A DNA stretch of 56,045 nucleotides from Gammaproteobacteria bacterium (GTDB lineage: Bacteria > Pseudomonadota > Gammaproteobacteria > PS1 > Pseudothioglobaceae). The stretch spans positions 1-56,045 of the forward strand of contig VMDI01000049.1 in the NCBI GenBank assembly GCA_008080915.1. Reading direction: 5' to 3'. Numbering within the stretch: the stretch's first letter is position 1; each line of letters opens with the position of its first letter. A model generated the notes under the pieces. The model saw only the letters and a program-made list of their open reading frames with translations, searched no databases and had not been told where the DNA came from. Shown here in pieces: positions 30,623 to 42,906 of this stretch. The position numbers and the translations under genes are program-made.

Positions 30623-32374
30623 ATGAGAACTGAGTATTGTGGAAATCTTAATAAGGATTTCATTGGTAAAGATGTGACATTAACTGGATGGGTAAACCGT
30701 CGACGTGATCACGGAGGTGTCATATTTCTTGACCTCAGAGACAAGAAAGGTTTGTGTCAGATAGTTATTAATCCAGAAAATAATGATGCATTCAAAATTG
30801 GTGAAAAAGTTCGTTCAGAATTTGTACTTCAAGTCACAGGTCAGGTTATTGCCAGGGATGATTCTTTGGTCAATAATAAAATTCAAACTGGTGAAATTGA
30901 AGTCGTTGCCGATTCAATCAACATACTTAATGAATCAAAACCAATTCCTTTTCAGATTGATGCCACTGACACCTCTGAAGAGGTAAGACTAAAATACAGA
31001 TATCTTGACCTAAGAAGAGATGAAATGCAGAAAAGACTTCGTCTTAGGTCTAAAGTGACTCACTTTATGAGAGAGTTCATGCATGAGAATGACTTTCTTG
31101 ATATTGAGACCCCATTTCTCACCAAAGCAACCCCTGAAGGAGCTAGAGACTATTTAGTCCCTTCTAGGACTCATCCTGGAACTTTTTTTGCACTTCCTCA
31201 ATCTCCTCAGCTCTTCAAGCAACTTCTGATGATGTCGGGAATGGAGAGGTATTATCAAATTGTGAAATGTTTTAGAGATGAAGATCTCAGAGCAGACAGA
31301 CAACCTGAGTTTACTCAACTAGATATCGAAACTTCTTTCATGTCAGAACAAGAAATCATGGACATGATGGAGGATATGATCAGAAAGCTTTTCAAATCCA
31401 CTATTGATGTCGAACTCCCTGAAAAGTTTCCAGTAATATCTTATGCAGATGCTATGAGTCTATATGGCGTAGATCGTCCAGATATGCGTATCCCAATGCA
31501 GATGACTAGCATTGATGATTTGATGAAAAATGTTGACTTCAAGGTTTTTTCAGGACCTGCTCAGGATGACAGTTCACGCGTCGCAGCAATGCTTGTCCCG
31601 GGTGGCGCTAAACTGAGTCGTAAGAACATTGATGACTACACTAATTATGTCTCAATTTATGGCGCAAAAGGTCTAGCTTATATCAAAATGAATGAGGACG
31701 GACCAGCTTCACCAATCCTAAAATTTATCGGTGATGAAGTCACCCAAAAAGTGATTGAGGCAACAGGTGCAAATACTGGTGATCTTATTTTCTTTGGTGC
31801 AGATAAGACTAAAATTGTTAATGAGGCACTTGGCAATTTGAGAGAAAAAATTGCAGTTGATTTAGATTTGTTTGAATCCAAATGGGCGCCAATTTGGGTA
31901 GTTGATTTTCCAATGTTTGAGAAAACTGATGAGGGTGGCTTTACCGCAATTCATCACCCATTTACCTCTCCAAATGTAGATGCTGATACACTCAAGAAAG
32001 ATCCTGAATCTTCCCTATCTCGTGCCTATGACATGGTCATCAATGGTTCAGAAGTGGGTGGTGGATCTATCAGGATTCATGAGTCAGAAATGCAAAAAAC
32101 AGTTTTAGAAATTCTGGGTATTGATGATGAGGAAGCCAATGAAAAATTTGGATTCTTACTGAATGCTCTGGAATATGGCTGCCCACCTCATGGAGGTATT
32201 GCATTTGGCCTAGACAGATTGGTCATGATTCTCACTGAGAGTACTTCAATTCGAGATGTAATCGCATTTCCTAAAACACAAACCGCTGCTTGTCTTCTCA
32301 CCGATGCCCCAGCAGGTGTGCCTAGAAAAATCCTAAGGGAATTGAATATCAAAACAACATCTGAATCAAAATAA
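30623..32374 (+). CDS. aspS: Aspartate--tRNA ligase
   Basis: Start placed at MRTEYCG (30623) with AAGGA upstream; the longest ORF starts at 30593, inside the DUF502 gene. Class II motifs [18 protein letters not shown] and [10 protein letters not shown]. Confidence 0.97.
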   Translation: MRTEYCGNLNKDFIGKDVTLTGWVNRRRDHGGVIFLDLRDKKGLCQIVINPENNDAFKIGEKVRSEFVLQVTGQVIARDDSLVNNKIQTGEIEVVADSINILNESKPIPFQIDATDTSEEVRLKYRYLDLRRDEMQKRLRLRSKVTHFMREFMHENDFLDIETPFLTKATPEGARDYLVPSRTHPGTFFALPQSPQLFKQLLMMSGMERYYQIVKCFRDEDLRADRQPEFTQLDIETSFMSEQEIMDMMEDMIRKLFKSTIDVELPEKFPVISYADAMSLYGVDRPDMRIPMQMTSIDDLMKNVDFKVFSGPAQDDSSRVAAMLVPGGAKLSRKNIDDYTNYVSIYGAKGLAYIKMNEDGPASPILKFIGDEVTQKVIEATGANTGDLIFFGADKTKIVNEALGNLREKIAVDLDLFESKWAPIWVVDFPMFEKTDEGGFTAIHHPFTSPNVDADTLKKDPESSLSRAYDMVINGSEVGGGSIRIHESEMQKTVLEILGIDDEEANEKFGFLLNALEYGCPPHGGIAFGLDRLVMILTESTSIRDVIAFPKTQTAACLLTDAPAGVPRKILRELNIKTTSESK

Positions 32375-32379
32375 TCTTA

Positions 32380-33333
32380 ATGGATATTAGGGATTCCATT
32401 CGTCAAGAACTAAAAAAAAATAATGCGGTATTGGTAGCTCATTACTACGTCAGTGGTGATCTACAGGATTTGGCTGAAGAGACTGGGGGAATTGTTTCTG
32501 ATTCTCTTGAGATGGCTCGATTTGGTCAGAACTCAGATGCAGATATGATTATCGTTGCTGGCGTTAAATTCATGGGCCAGACTGCTAAAATCCTATCTCC
32601 TGACAAACAAGTATTTGTCCTTGATGATCAGGCTACCTGCTCTTTAGATGAAGACTGCCCTATCGATGATTTCTCAAAATTATGTGACCAGCACCCTGAT
32701 CATACCGTGGTTGTTTATGCTAACACATCGGCAGAAGTTAAAGCCAGAGCTGATTGGGTAGTCACTTCTGGCAGTGCTCTCAAAGTTGTCAATCATCTTA
32801 AAGAAAATAACCAAAAGATTCTTTGGGCACCTGATAAACATCTGGGGAATTATGTAAAAAATGAAACCGGTGCAGATATGATTTTGTGGCAAGGCTCATG
32901 TGTGGTTCATGAAAGGTTTAAGGCGGATGCTATCTTGAATTTAAAAGAACTTTATCCAAATTCTGCCATCCTAGTGCATCCCGAATCCCCTCAGGAGGTG
33001 GTTGATATTGCAGATGTTGTAGGTTCAACAACAGCACTGATTGAGGCAGTTAAAAATCGTGAGGAAGATGTCTTTATTGTGGCAACTGATAATGGTATTT
33101 TCCACAAGATGTCAGAAGTAGCGCCAAACAAAAAATTGATTGAAGCGCCATCGATGGGCGATAGTGCTGATTGCGAATCATGCGCTCATTGTGATTGGAT
33201 GGCTATGAATTCATTAGAAAAATGTTTGAACGTTCTTAAGAAGAAGAATAACGAAATTTTAATTGACCCAACTATTGGGAACCAGGCAAAAAAATCTATC
33301 CAAAAACTTTTGGATTTCACTGCCAATCATTGA
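32380..33333 (+). CDS. nadA: Quinolinate synthase
   Basis: 317 aa. NadA pattern ..AHYY....Q..A...GDSL.MA and conserved Cys residues (C..HE, C..C..M). Confidence 0.9.
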   Translation: MDIRDSIRQELKKNNAVLVAHYYVSGDLQDLAEETGGIVSDSLEMARFGQNSDADMIIVAGVKFMGQTAKILSPDKQVFVLDDQATCSLDEDCPIDDFSKLCDQHPDHTVVVYANTSAEVKARADWVVTSGSALKVVNHLKENNQKILWAPDKHLGNYVKNETGADMILWQGSCVVHERFKADAILNLKELYPNSAILVHPESPQEVVDIADVVGSTTALIEAVKNREEDVFIVATDNGIFHKMSEVAPNKKLIEAPSMGDSADCESCAHCDWMAMNSLEKCLNVLKKKNNEILIDPTIGNQAKKSIQKLLDFTANH

Positions 33334-33381
33334 CCATTTTTTATTTAAAAAATCTAAAATATTTGAAAACGAAGGAAGATT

Positions 33382-34119
33382 ATGGCTGGACATAGTAAAT
33401 GGCATAACATACAACACAGAAAAGGCGCTCAAGACGCAAAACGTGGCAAGATTTTTACCAAAATAATTAAAGAAATCGTAGTTGCTGCGAAGATGGGCGG
33501 CGGGGTTTTGGAAAACAACCCCTCCCTGAGAGCAGTCATCGATAAAGCGCTAGCTGCTAACATGAAGAAGGACACTATCGAGAATGCCATTAAAAGAGGC
33601 AGTGGTGATCTTGATGGTGAAAATTATGAAGACGTTCGCTATGAAGGTTATGGCATTTCAGGGACAGCAATCATGGTTGATTGTCTGACCGATAATAGAA
33701 ATCGTACTGTGGCAGATGTCAGGCATGCTTTCTCGAAATTTGGTGGAAATTTAGGCACAGACGGTTCGGTTTCCTACTTATTTTCTAAACAGGGATTCAT
33801 TAGCTACGAGTCTGGAGATGAAGACAGCATCATGGAAGTGGCAATTGATTCTGGTGCTGAGGATGTCATCTCTGAGGATGGATCAATTGATGTCATTACG
33901 ACTCCTGAAACTTTTTTTGAAGTTAAAGATGCACTTATCAATGCAGGACTTGAGCCCACTCATTCTGAGATCACCATGGAGCCATCAACTAGGGTTGAGC
34001 TAAACCTTACGGATGCTGAAAAATTCATGAAACTGATAGACCATTTAGAGGATTTAGATGATGTTCAAGAGGTTTATCACAATGCTGATATTTCTGAGGA
34101 AGTGATGCAACAATTATGA
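33382..34119 (+). CDS. yebC: YebC/PmpR family DNA-binding transcriptional regulator
   Basis: Canonical N-terminus [27 protein letters not shown]. 245 aa. Confidence 0.93.
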   Translation: MAGHSKWHNIQHRKGAQDAKRGKIFTKIIKEIVVAAKMGGGVLENNPSLRAVIDKALAANMKKDTIENAIKRGSGDLDGENYEDVRYEGYGISGTAIMVDCLTDNRNRTVADVRHAFSKFGGNLGTDGSVSYLFSKQGFISYESGDEDSIMEVAIDSGAEDVISEDGSIDVITTPETFFEVKDALINAGLEPTHSEITMEPSTRVELNLTDAEKFMKLIDHLEDLDDVQEVYHNADISEEVMQQL

Positions 34120-37100
34120 TAGTTACCTTTGGGGGCATAAATGCCTTAAGATCCTTCCAGATTGAACGCCTAAAACAAAAACTAAATAAAATTAAGTCAA
34201 ACCTACTTGGCGCTGAATATGTTCACTTTGCTGAGATTAAGGATGAACTAGATTCAGAAGAAATTAGCAAAGTCAGAAAACTCCTGTCTTATGCCTCTGA
34301 GGTAAGCTTTAAAAATTCAAAAGAAACTTTTATTGTGACCCCTAGGCTGGGTACGATTTCCCCGTGGTCCTCAAAAGCCACCGATATCTCTCATCTTTGT
34401 GGTTTGGAAAAGATTATTAGAATTGAGAGAGCCATTGTTTATCATTTTGATCAAGTTGTTTCTGAGACTGATTTAGTCTCTCAAATTCTCATTGATCCAA
34501 TGACTCAGTCCCATCTCCAATCTTTTGATGATGGAGAAAAAATATTCCACCATCTTGAGCCAAAATCATTTGACTCTATAGATGTTCTATCCAATGGAAA
34601 AGATGCCATTAACAAGGCAAATATTGAATTAGGCCTTGCACTTTCTGATGGCGAAGTTGAATATCTGGTTGAAAGCTTTCAAAAACTTGGTAGAAATCCA
34701 AATGATATTGAGTTGATGATGTTCGCACAAGCAAATTCAGAACATTGTCGTCATAAAATATTTAATGCAGATTGGAAAATTGATGATATCGAGAAAGAGA
34801 AAAGCCTCTTCGCCATGATTAGAAATACCTATCATCAAAATCCTGAAGGTCTATTATCGGTATACAGTGATAACTCTGCAGTCATGGAAGGTTATTCAGC
34901 GAGTAGGTTTTATCCAGACTCAAACGGAAGTTATGTCTCTAGTGAAGAGCATAAGGCCATACTCATGAAAGTGGAAACACACAATCATCCAACCGCAATT
35001 GCTCCAGATCCTGGTGCAGCGACAGGATCTGGTGGAGAAATTAGAGATGAAGGTGCTACCGGACAAGGCTCAAAACCCAAGGTGGGTTTATGTGGATTTA
35101 GTGTCTCTAATCTTAAAATTGAAAACGCGCTCCAGCCATGGGAAATAGAGTATGGAAAACCCAGTCATATTGCCTCTGCGCTTGATATTATGATTGAGGG
35201 TCCAATTGGTGCAGCTGCATTCAATAATGAATTTGGAAGACCGAATACGCTTGGTTATTTCAGAACATATGAACAGGCCATGCCAGATGGAGATATTCGA
35301 GGATATCACAAACCAATCATGCTTGCTGGTGGTCTAGGACATATCCAAGAAAAGCATGTCAAAAAAGGTGAAATTAGCTCAGGGGATTTAATCATTGTAT
35401 TAGGTGGTCCAGCCATGTTGATTGGTCTTGGAGGTGGTGCTGCTTCAAGTGTTGGTAGTGGAGACCAAAGTGAGGACTTGGACTTTGCTTCAGTTCAAAG
35501 GGCAAATCCAGAAATGCAAAGAAGGTGTCAAGAGGTCATAGATAGTTGTACCAATCTTGGCAATGAAAATCCAATTATCTCTATTCATGATATTGGCGCT
35601 GGGGGACTTTCTAACGGTGTGCCAGAATTGGTAAATGATTCAGGTAAAGGTGGTCGATTTGAATTAAGAAACATTCCAAACGACGACAAACAAATGTCTC
35701 CTTTGGAAATATGGTGCAATGAATCTCAAGAGCGTTATGTTTTAGCCATTGATAGGGAAAAATTATCCATGTTCGATCAAATAGCCCAGAGAGAAAGAGC
35801 GCCATATGCAGTTCTTGGTGAGGCGACTGATGAACAAGAGTTGATATTACATGATGATTTATTTGGTAATAATCCAATAGAAATTCCAATGCAAGTTCTT
35901 TTGGGTAATCCTCCGAAGACATCAATTGATACCCAAACTTCTGATAAAAAACTTCACCCGTTCAAATTAGATGGAATTCAATTAGATGATGCCATTCATC
36001 GTTTAATTCAATTACCGACCATTGCTAGTAAAAGTTTCCTAATCACAATTGGAGACAGAACAGTGACCGGTATGGTGGCCAGAGACCAATTCATAGGTCC
36101 ATGGCAAGTGCCTGTTGCGGATTGCGCCATCTCAATTGCGGATTATGATAATTATTTCGGCGAGATAATGAGTATGGGGGAAAGAACGCCACTTGCGCTT
36201 ATTGATGCAGAAGCAGCTGCTAAGATGAGTGTTGGAGAAGCATTAACCAATATGCTGGGTGGCTATGTAGAAGATATGAGTCACATTAGTCTAAGTGCCA
36301 ACTGGATGAGTGCTGCGAGTCATCCAGGTGAATACGCAAAACTTTATCAGGCCGTCGAAGCGATTGGTGAAGACCTATGTCCAAAGCTTGGATTGACAAT
36401 CCCTGTAGGCAAAGACTCTATGTCCATGAAAAGCACTTGGAATGAAAATGGTGAGCAAAAGTCTATTACCGCTCCCCTATCCTTAATCATCTCAGCCTTT
36501 TCAAAAACGCCAAATGTCAGGCATCAGAAAAGTGCACTACTAAAAAATGATTCAGGAAGTGTTCTTTATCTTCTTGATTTAGGTCTTGGAAAGAATAGAC
36601 TGGGTGGTTCTGCTCTTGCTCAAGTGTTCAATCAAATTGGTGATGAAACACCTAATTTAGATGATCCTGAGTATTTCAAACGATTCTTCGATGTGGTAAA
36701 TTTCTTAAATAAAGAAGATCTTATTTCTGCCTATCATGATAGAAGTGATGGAGGTGTAATGACCACGTTAATGGAAATGTCGTTTGCCTCTCATCTTGGT
36801 TTGGATATCTACGTTGAAGAAGATATCTTAAGTTTCCTGTTTAATGAGGAGCTTGGTTGTGTAATTCAGGTTGAAAGCAGGAATCAATCTAAAGTAAAAG
36901 AGATTATCTCTGAGAATAATCTAGATGAGTGTTTCAAAGAGGTTGCAAGAATTAACAATAAAGATGAAATTAGAGTCTTTCAAGGTTGCACTGAAATATT
37001 CACAGAGTCAAGATCTACTCTTCAAAAATTATGGTCAAAGACTTCTTATGAGGTAGCTAAACTCCGTGACAATCCAGAGTGTGCCAATGAAGAATTTGAG

Positions 37101-37940
37101 TCCATTTCACAAGATACTCCTGGGCTAGTTTTTGATCCCAAGTTTGATATTGATGAAGCAATTGCTCCTAATTACTTAAAAGGAATTAAACCTAAAATTG
37201 CGGTACTAAGAGAGCAAGGTATTAATGGGCAAATAGAGATGGCAGCTGCTTTCACAAAGGCTGGATTTGAAGCCATTGATGTTCACATGAGTGATATTCT
37301 TAGCGGCAAAATATCTCTGGAGCAGTTTAAGGGACTTGTGGCCTGTGGTGGTTTCTCATATGGCGATGTTCTAGGCGCAGGTAGAGGTTGGGCTAACTCA
37401 ATCCTGTTTAATCCAAAAGCCAAAGATAACTTTTCTAAATTTTTTGAAAGAGAAGACAGTTTTTCATTAGGCGTATGTAATGGCTGTCAAATGTTATCAA
37501 ACTTAAAAGACATTATTCCTGGGACTGAAAACTGGCCAACATTTAACAGAAATCGTTCTGAGCAATTTGAAGCCAGATTCTCATCCATCACCATCAAAGA
37601 ATCCAAATCCATATTCTTTCAAGGAATGGAAGGGTCAACCATGCCAATAGCCATTGCGCATGGAGAAGGAAGAGCGACCTTTAATGGTAATCAGACTTCA
37701 GATATTGCACTTCAGTACGTAGATCACTTCAATCAGCCCACCCAACTCTACCCTAACAATCCCAATGGATCAGATATGTCGACTGCTGGCGTGACAAACA
37801 TCTCGGGGCAAGTCACTATTATGATGCCACACCCTGAGAGAGTTTTTAGAGCTATACAAAACTCTTACCATCCAGAGTCTTGGAATGAAAGAAGTCCATG
37901 GCTAAGAATGTTTGAAAATGCTAGAAAATGGGTTGACTGA
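34116..37940 (+). CDS. purL: Phosphoribosylformylglycinamidine synthase (single-chain large PurL)
   Basis: 1274 aa with [21 protein letters not shown] motif and a C-terminal glutamine amidotransferase domain ([11 protein letters not shown]). Confidence 0.97.
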   Translation: MIVTFGGINALRSFQIERLKQKLNKIKSNLLGAEYVHFAEIKDELDSEEISKVRKLLSYASEVSFKNSKETFIVTPRLGTISPWSSKATDISHLCGLEKIIRIERAIVYHFDQVVSETDLVSQILIDPMTQSHLQSFDDGEKIFHHLEPKSFDSIDVLSNGKDAINKANIELGLALSDGEVEYLVESFQKLGRNPNDIELMMFAQANSEHCRHKIFNADWKIDDIEKEKSLFAMIRNTYHQNPEGLLSVYSDNSAVMEGYSASRFYPDSNGSYVSSEEHKAILMKVETHNHPTAIAPDPGAATGSGGEIRDEGATGQGSKPKVGLCGFSVSNLKIENALQPWEIEYGKPSHIASALDIMIEGPIGAAAFNNEFGRPNTLGYFRTYEQAMPDGDIRGYHKPIMLAGGLGHIQEKHVKKGEISSGDLIIVLGGPAMLIGLGGGAASSVGSGDQSEDLDFASVQRANPEMQRRCQEVIDSCTNLGNENPIISIHDIGAGGLSNGVPELVNDSGKGGRFELRNIPNDDKQMSPLEIWCNESQERYVLAIDREKLSMFDQIAQRERAPYAVLGEATDEQELILHDDLFGNNPIEIPMQVLLGNPPKTSIDTQTSDKKLHPFKLDGIQLDDAIHRLIQLPTIASKSFLITIGDRTVTGMVARDQFIGPWQVPVADCAISIADYDNYFGEIMSMGERTPLALIDAEAAAKMSVGEALTNMLGGYVEDMSHISLSANWMSAASHPGEYAKLYQAVEAIGEDLCPKLGLTIPVGKDSMSMKSTWNENGEQKSITAPLSLIISAFSKTPNVRHQKSALLKNDSGSVLYLLDLGLGKNRLGGSALAQVFNQIGDETPNLDDPEYFKRFFDVVNFLNKEDLISAYHDRSDGGVMTTLMEMSFASHLGLDIYVEEDILSFLFNEELGCVIQVESRNQSKVKEIISENNLDECFKEVARINNKDEIRVFQGCTEIFTESRSTLQKLWSKTSYEVAKLRDNPECANEEFESISQDTPGLVFDPKFDIDEAIAPNYLKGIKPKIAVLREQGINGQIEMAAAFTKAGFEAIDVHMSDILSGKISLEQFKGLVACGGFSYGDVLGAGRGWANSILFNPKAKDNFSKFFEREDSFSLGVCNGCQMLSNLKDIIPGTENWPTFNRNRSEQFEARFSSITIKESKSIFFQGMEGSTMPIAIAHGEGRATFNGNQTSDIALQYVDHFNQPTQLYPNNPNGSDMSTAGVTNISGQVTIMMPHPERVFRAIQNSYHPESWNERSPWLRMFENARKWVD

Positions 37941-38586
37941 TTACCAGCTAATCAGAAGCAAAAGGAAATCTTTATCCATTCAGATTGATCACTCAGGCGC
38001 TATTGTAGTTCGCGCTCCAATTAGATTAGATAAATCAGTTATTGAATCATTTATCAACTCTAAAAAGAAATGGATTGAGAAAAAACAAAATTTGATTCTC
38101 TCTAGAAAGAAAATCTCTTACAAAGATGGTGAGATGTTTTATTATCTAGGTAAAAGCTATCCTTTAGAAATTACATCAAATCATAAACCCTCTGTTGATT
38201 TCAATGGAGAAAAATTTCTTTTATCTGGGGATGGTAAGTCAAACCTTCTAGCTTTTTATAAAGATCAATTTATTAAGATTGTTCAACCTAGAATCGAATA
38301 TTTTTCAAAGAAATTTGATTTTAAATACAGGAACGTTCGTTATAGAAAACAAAAAACTGTCTGGGGATCCTGTGGCCCTAAGAATGATATCAATCTTAAT
38401 TATCTATTAATGATGAGCCCAATCTCAGTGATAGATTATGTTTTGATTCATGAACTCTGTCATACCAAAATCAAGAACCATTCAAGTCAATTTTGGAATT
38501 TGGTTGAAAAAACGATGCCGAATTACAAAGAACAAGTAAAGTGGCTTAAGCATCACGGGCATGAATTGCATGCCCTACTGGACTAG
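37912..38586 (+). CDS. YgjP-like metal-dependent hydrolase (DUF45 / M48-related)
   Basis: 224 aa with zinc motif HELCH near the C-terminus. Overlaps the purL 3' end by 23-29 nt depending on the start. Confidence 0.8.
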   Translation: MKMLENGLTDYQLIRSKRKSLSIQIDHSGAIVVRAPIRLDKSVIESFINSKKKWIEKKQNLILSRKKISYKDGEMFYYLGKSYPLEITSNHKPSVDFNGEKFLLSGDGKSNLLAFYKDQFIKIVQPRIEYFSKKFDFKYRNVRYRKQKTVWGSCGPKNDINLNYLLMMSPISVIDYVLIHELCHTKIKNHSSQFWNLVEKTMPNYKEQVKWLKHHGHELHALLD

Positions 38587-38909
38587 CCGTTGAACTTTTC
38601 TACTGCCTTCTCCATCTCTTCTTTGAGAGATCCATTCTCAGCCATTTCAACGATAATATCACCACCGCCAACTAGTTCAGAATTAAAGTAAATCTGAGGA
38701 AACGTTGGCCAATCTGCAAAGCTGGGTAGATTTTGGAAAACTTCTTGATCCTCAAAAACATTGACATAAGCAAACTCAATTCCAGTTGAGGCAAGTGTTT
38801 GTGCTGCTCTAGCAGAGAAACCACACTGAGGAAATTGAGGCGTTCCCTTCATGTAAATTACGATAGGTGCACTATCTACTTGCTTTTGAATTCTTTCCAT
38901 GACATCCAT
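38583..38909 (-). CDS. grxD: Monothiol glutaredoxin (Grx4 family)
   Basis: 108 aa with CGFS active site and IYMKGTPQFPQCGFS context. Confidence 0.93.
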   Translation of the reverse strand: MDVMERIQKQVDSAPIVIYMKGTPQFPQCGFSARAAQTLASTGIEFAYVNVFEDQEVFQNLPSFADWPTFPQIYFNSELVGGGDIIVEMAENGSLKEEMEKAVEKFNG

Positions 38910-38945
38910 GTCTAATTTCTCCTGATGAGTTTTTTTAAAAAAGTA

Positions 38946-39599
38946 TTATTTTATCTTTATGGCCTGAGATACAGTGTAGTTTTTTCCTTGCTTTAACTTT
39001 TTGTAGTTCCCAAAAACCTCTTGAAAGTTAGTTTTCATAAATGATCTAAGTCCATTAATTGTAACAAACGTTAATTTGCCGCCAACCTTCAAAGAATCAT
39101 ATGCATCATATAGAATAATCGACAGCTGTTCCCTGCCTACTTTTGCGGGAATATTGGAAATCACTTGATCGAAATAATCCAATTTATCAACCTCTGAAAA
39201 AGCATCGGATAAATATATGTCTGTATTTTTAATGTTATTCTTTTCTGCATTCTTAGCTGCCATCTCTATTGCAACAAAATCCTTATCAATGAGATGAACC
39301 TCTCCCTGTGGGCATGATTTAGCCACTGATAAACCTATTGGTCCATACCCACACCCAAGATCAAGACACTTATCAGTCTCTGAAATCTCTAGGTGCTTTA
39401 ACAGCAATAGAGTCCCCTCATCAATAGCTCTTGGACTGAACAATCCCCACTTGGTAGACAATTTCATGGGGTGGCCTAGTAGCTCAGCATCTAGACTAAT
39501 ATCTGCTTTTAATCTTGGTAAATCATCTCTGGTGAACATGGTGTGTATTTTACATTTAAAGAATTTCTTCGGTGGAATGGTAATCAAATGTTTACTCAT
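38946..39599 (-). CDS. Class I SAM-dependent methyltransferase (RsmC/RlmG small-domain type)
   Basis: SAM motif LDLGCGYGPIG. Start placed at MSKHL (39599) to avoid overlap with the divergent U32 gene; the longest ORF runs to 39668. Confidence 0.75.
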   Translation of the reverse strand: MSKHLITIPPKKFFKCKIHTMFTRDDLPRLKADISLDAELLGHPMKLSTKWGLFSPRAIDEGTLLLLKHLEISETDKCLDLGCGYGPIGLSVAKSCPQGEVHLIDKDFVAIEMAAKNAEKNNIKNTDIYLSDAFSEVDKLDYFDQVISNIPAKVGREQLSIILYDAYDSLKVGGKLTFVTINGLRSFMKTNFQEVFGNYKKLKQGKNYTVSQAIKIK

Positions 39600-39621
39600 G
39601 GCTACATGGTAAAATATTCCC

Positions 39622-40977
39622 ATGAAAAGACCTGAGTTACTATCTCCTGCTGGAAGCCTAAAGCACATGAGGTATGCCTATGCATACGGTGCGGATGCGG
39701 TATATGCAGGTCAGCCGAGATATAGTCTTCGAGTAAGAAATAATGATTTTGATCTAAAAACTCTTGAAGAAGGTATTCGTGAGGCACATACTCAAAACAA
39801 AAAATTCTTTGTTGCATCCAATGTAATTCCTCATAACAGCAAAATCAATACCTACATGGATGATATTGATCCGATTATCAATTTCAAGCCAGATGCCCTG
39901 ATCATGGCAGATCCAGGTTTAATCATGATGGTAAAAGAAAAATATCCTGACCAGGTTATTCACTTATCCGTTCAGGCAAACACTATTAATTTCGCTGCTG
40001 TTAAGTTTTGGAAAAGTGTTGGGGTCAATAGAATTATCTTATCAAGAGAACTTTCCCTAGATGAGGTGAAAGAAATTCGTCAAGAATGTCCAGATATTGA
40101 GCTCGAAGTTTTTGTTCATGGTGCTTTATGCATTGCCTATTCTGGCAGATGCTTACTCTCAGGTTATTTTAATCACAGAGACCCAAACCAAGGCACTTGT
40201 ACGAATTCATGTCGTTGGCAATATGATGTAAAAGATGCAAAAGAGACTCTTGAGGGGGATATCCAACTTGAGAATGAGGATCAGTCTCAAGAAAAAGTAG
40301 TTCTTCTTGAAGAGGCGGGTAGACCCGGAGAATTGATGCCGGCTTATGAAGATGAGCATGGGACCTACATCATGAACTCAAAGGATCTAAGGGCAGTTGA
40401 ACATGTTCACACTCTCGCAACACTTGGCATTGACTCTCTTAAAATTGAAGGAAGAACAAAATCCCATTACTATGCTGCTAGAACCGCCCAGGTTTATAAA
40501 CAGGCCATTGATGATGCAGTTGCTGGAAGAGAATTTAACCCTGATGCATTTGGCATACTTGAGAATTTAGCAAATCGTGGATATACAGATGGCTTTTATA
40601 GAAGACATCAACCTGAGGAACTTCAAACATATCTTGATAATTACTCTCGCTCTCACAAGCAACAGGTGGTGGGTGAAATCATTGATTATCAAAACGGAGA
40701 AGCACTGATCGAGGCTAAAAATAAATTCTCTGTAGGGGATTCTATTGAAGTCATTCTTCCAACAGGGTGTTTTGAGGATTCAGTCAAATCCATGAGAACC
40801 GAGTACAATGAGTCTATTGAGGTAGCCAAGGGAAGTGGTTATCGCGTCTGGATTCCACTTAAGGAGATCAAGCCTGATTTAGGATTCATTGCAAGAAACT
40901 TTGATGAAAAGATCAAGGTAAAAACCAAAAACATTACCAAAGACCCCAATCAAAAAATTAGACGTCCTTCTTGGTAG
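39622..40977 (+). CDS. U32-family peptidase-like protein (YegQ/TrhP-type, probable tRNA hydroxylation factor)
   Basis: 451 aa. N-terminus ELL.PAG.L..MRYA..YGADAVY.G and the conserved Cys-rich CIAYSGRCLLS segment typical of U32 proteins. Confidence 0.85.
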   Translation: MKRPELLSPAGSLKHMRYAYAYGADAVYAGQPRYSLRVRNNDFDLKTLEEGIREAHTQNKKFFVASNVIPHNSKINTYMDDIDPIINFKPDALIMADPGLIMMVKEKYPDQVIHLSVQANTINFAAVKFWKSVGVNRIILSRELSLDEVKEIRQECPDIELEVFVHGALCIAYSGRCLLSGYFNHRDPNQGTCTNSCRWQYDVKDAKETLEGDIQLENEDQSQEKVVLLEEAGRPGELMPAYEDEHGTYIMNSKDLRAVEHVHTLATLGIDSLKIEGRTKSHYYAARTAQVYKQAIDDAVAGREFNPDAFGILENLANRGYTDGFYRRHQPEELQTYLDNYSRSHKQQVVGEIIDYQNGEALIEAKNKFSVGDSIEVILPTGCFEDSVKSMRTEYNESIEVAKGSGYRVWIPLKEIKPDLGFIARNFDEKIKVKTKNITKDPNQKIRRPSW

Positions 40978-41037
40978 TCTCTCATCATCTCCTCATCATT
41001 AAACTTTATAATTGGTCTCGATAATAGTCTGATTGAA

Positions 41038-41529
41038 GTGAAAAAGTTTCTCAAAAAATACACACCGAATCCTGAAGAGCTTAAACAAAACAAGAGTTTA
41101 GGCTGGTTAAGTGAGCATCTACATAACCCAAGTCTTTGGAATTTTAATCGTCGATCTATATCTAAAGCATTTGCAATCGGACTTTTCTGTGCCTTTATTC
41201 CGGTGCCTTTTCAGATGGCTATTGCTGCCCCCTTGGCAATTTGGCTTTATGCCAACCTTCCTGTATCTGTTGCCTTGGTATGGATTACCAATCCTCTGAC
41301 CATGCCGCCTATCTTTTATGCCTGCTATAAACTGGGTGCTATTATCTTAGGGGTTAGTATTGAAGAGGATTTTCATATGACCTATGAATATATTTCATCG
41401 GTCTTAGGCCAAATATGGGAACCTTTTTTGCTGGGTTGTTTGATAGTTGGAACCGTTAGTGCATTTACCGGTTACTGGCTCATTCAAACAATTTATAGGA
41501 TAAAAGCCTACAAGAGATCCAATCGTTAA
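41038..41529 (+). CDS. DUF2062 family membrane protein
   Basis: 163 aa with a GTG start. Pattern LH.PSLW...RRSI..AFAIGLF.AFIP.PFQM...A.......N.P.......WITNP.T is typical of DUF2062. Confidence 0.7.
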   Translation: MKKFLKKYTPNPEELKQNKSLGWLSEHLHNPSLWNFNRRSISKAFAIGLFCAFIPVPFQMAIAAPLAIWLYANLPVSVALVWITNPLTMPPIFYACYKLGAIILGVSIEEDFHMTYEYISSVLGQIWEPFLLGCLIVGTVSAFTGYWLIQTIYRIKAYKRSNR

Positions 41530-42608
41530 ACTTTTTTCAACTTAATTTGATCTCTGATTTGTCTTTCAAGCTCATCAACCAATGACTCGTTACTGATTTT
41601 TTTCTCTTTCATACCGTTAATATATAAAAGATTCGGATCTCCGCCTGTCAGTCCAACAGAGACCTCTTTTGCCTCTCCAGGACCATTAACAACACAACCA
41701 ATGATTGCTGCATCAATAGATTCATTGATGTCTTCTAATCTAGACTCAAGTTCATTTACTACCGAAATCACATCAAATTTTTGTCTTGAACAAGATGGAC
41801 AAGCAATTAAATTAACCCCTTTCTTTCTTAGGTGTAGGGATTTTAAGATATCAAAACCCACCTTGACTTCATCCACCGGATCAGAAGCTAGGGATACCCT
41901 AATGGTGTCTCCAATCCCTTCAGATAGCAGCATACCAAGTCCAATTGAACTTTTAACTGTTCCAGAGCGATAAGAGCCAGCTTCAGTAATACCCAAATGC
42001 AGTGGATTATCGATTTGAGAGGCAAGTTGGCGATAGGCAAATACTGTCATGAAGATTTCTGAGGCCTTTAGAGATAGCTTAAAATTTTGAAAATTAAGTC
42101 TATCCAGGATATCAATATGGCGAAATGCTGATTCCACCATCGCCTCTGGATTAGGCTCACCGTATTTCTTTTGCAAATCTTTTTCCAATGAGCCAGCATT
42201 TACACCAATTCTGATTGGTATGCCATGATCATTTGCGCTAGCAACTACCTCTCTCACCCTGTCCTCTTTTCCAATATTTCCAGGATTGATTCTCAGGCAA
42301 TCAGCACCATACTCTGCAACTTTTAGTGCAATCTTATAATCAAAATGAATGTCGGTGATGATTGGGATATCGACTCTTGATTTTATTTCTCTGAACGCTT
42401 CAGCTGCATCCATGGTGGGAATCGAGACTCTAACTAAGTCAGCGCCTGCATCTGAAATTCTTTGAATTTGACCGATAGTAGCCTCTACATCACAGGTATC
42501 TGTATTGGTCATACTCTGGACAGAAATAGGAGCATCACCTCCTATCGCTACATTCCCTACATGTATTTTTCTAGATTCTCTTCTTGTGATTGTATAAATT
42601 GGCTTCAT
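41526..42608 (-). CDS. ispG: 4-hydroxy-3-methylbut-2-en-1-yl diphosphate synthase
   Basis: 360 aa. [22 protein letters not shown] and GCVVNGPGE motifs. Confidence 0.97.
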   Translation of the reverse strand: MKPIYTITRRESRKIHVGNVAIGGDAPISVQSMTNTDTCDVEATIGQIQRISDAGADLVRVSIPTMDAAEAFREIKSRVDIPIITDIHFDYKIALKVAEYGADCLRINPGNIGKEDRVREVVASANDHGIPIRIGVNAGSLEKDLQKKYGEPNPEAMVESAFRHIDILDRLNFQNFKLSLKASEIFMTVFAYRQLASQIDNPLHLGITEAGSYRSGTVKSSIGLGMLLSEGIGDTIRVSLASDPVDEVKVGFDILKSLHLRKKGVNLIACPSCSRQKFDVISVVNELESRLEDINESIDAAIIGCVVNGPGEAKEVSVGLTGGDPNLLYINGMKEKKISNESLVDELERQIRDQIKLKKV

Positions 42609-42609
42609 A

Positions 42610-42906
42610 CTAGTTCTTAATTAGGATAATTTCATCTAGGTTTTCTCTCAGAGAACTATCGCTTTTCTCTTGAGTATTAGCGTTATTATTTTGTTTAATG
42701 GGCTTTATCTCATCACTATTTAACTCAATGACCACTTTAGGTTCAGAAATCACAATCACATGACTTTCTTCAGTCTGTGTATTTTTATTTAGCACTAAAA
42801 ACCAGTACCCTGCTGCTGATCCAACAATAAGAATTAAGACTGCCAGTATCGGAAAGATTTTAATTTTCCTTCTTCTTTTTGGGTAATGTTCTATGCCATC
42901 AAGCAT
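42610..42906 (-). CDS. Small bitopic membrane protein in the position of rodZ (possible truncated RodZ remnant)
   Basis: 98 aa with basic stretch KRRRKIK, one TM helix and a short polar tail. No helix-turn-helix. Sits between rlmN and ispG, where E. coli has rodZ. Confidence 0.5.
   Translation of the reverse strand: MLDGIEHYPKRRRKIKIFPILAVLILIVGSAAGYWFLVLNKNTQTEESHVIVISEPKVVIELNSDEIKPIKQNNNANTQEKSDSSLRENLDEIILIKN

Noticed and set aside
39602-39817. 71-aa minus-strand ORF, plus the 23-residue N-terminal extension of the methyltransferase ORF (to 39668).
   Set aside because: Both overlap the well-supported U32 gene start. The methyltransferase has a sensible internal start at 39599, leaving a 22-nt divergent gap.
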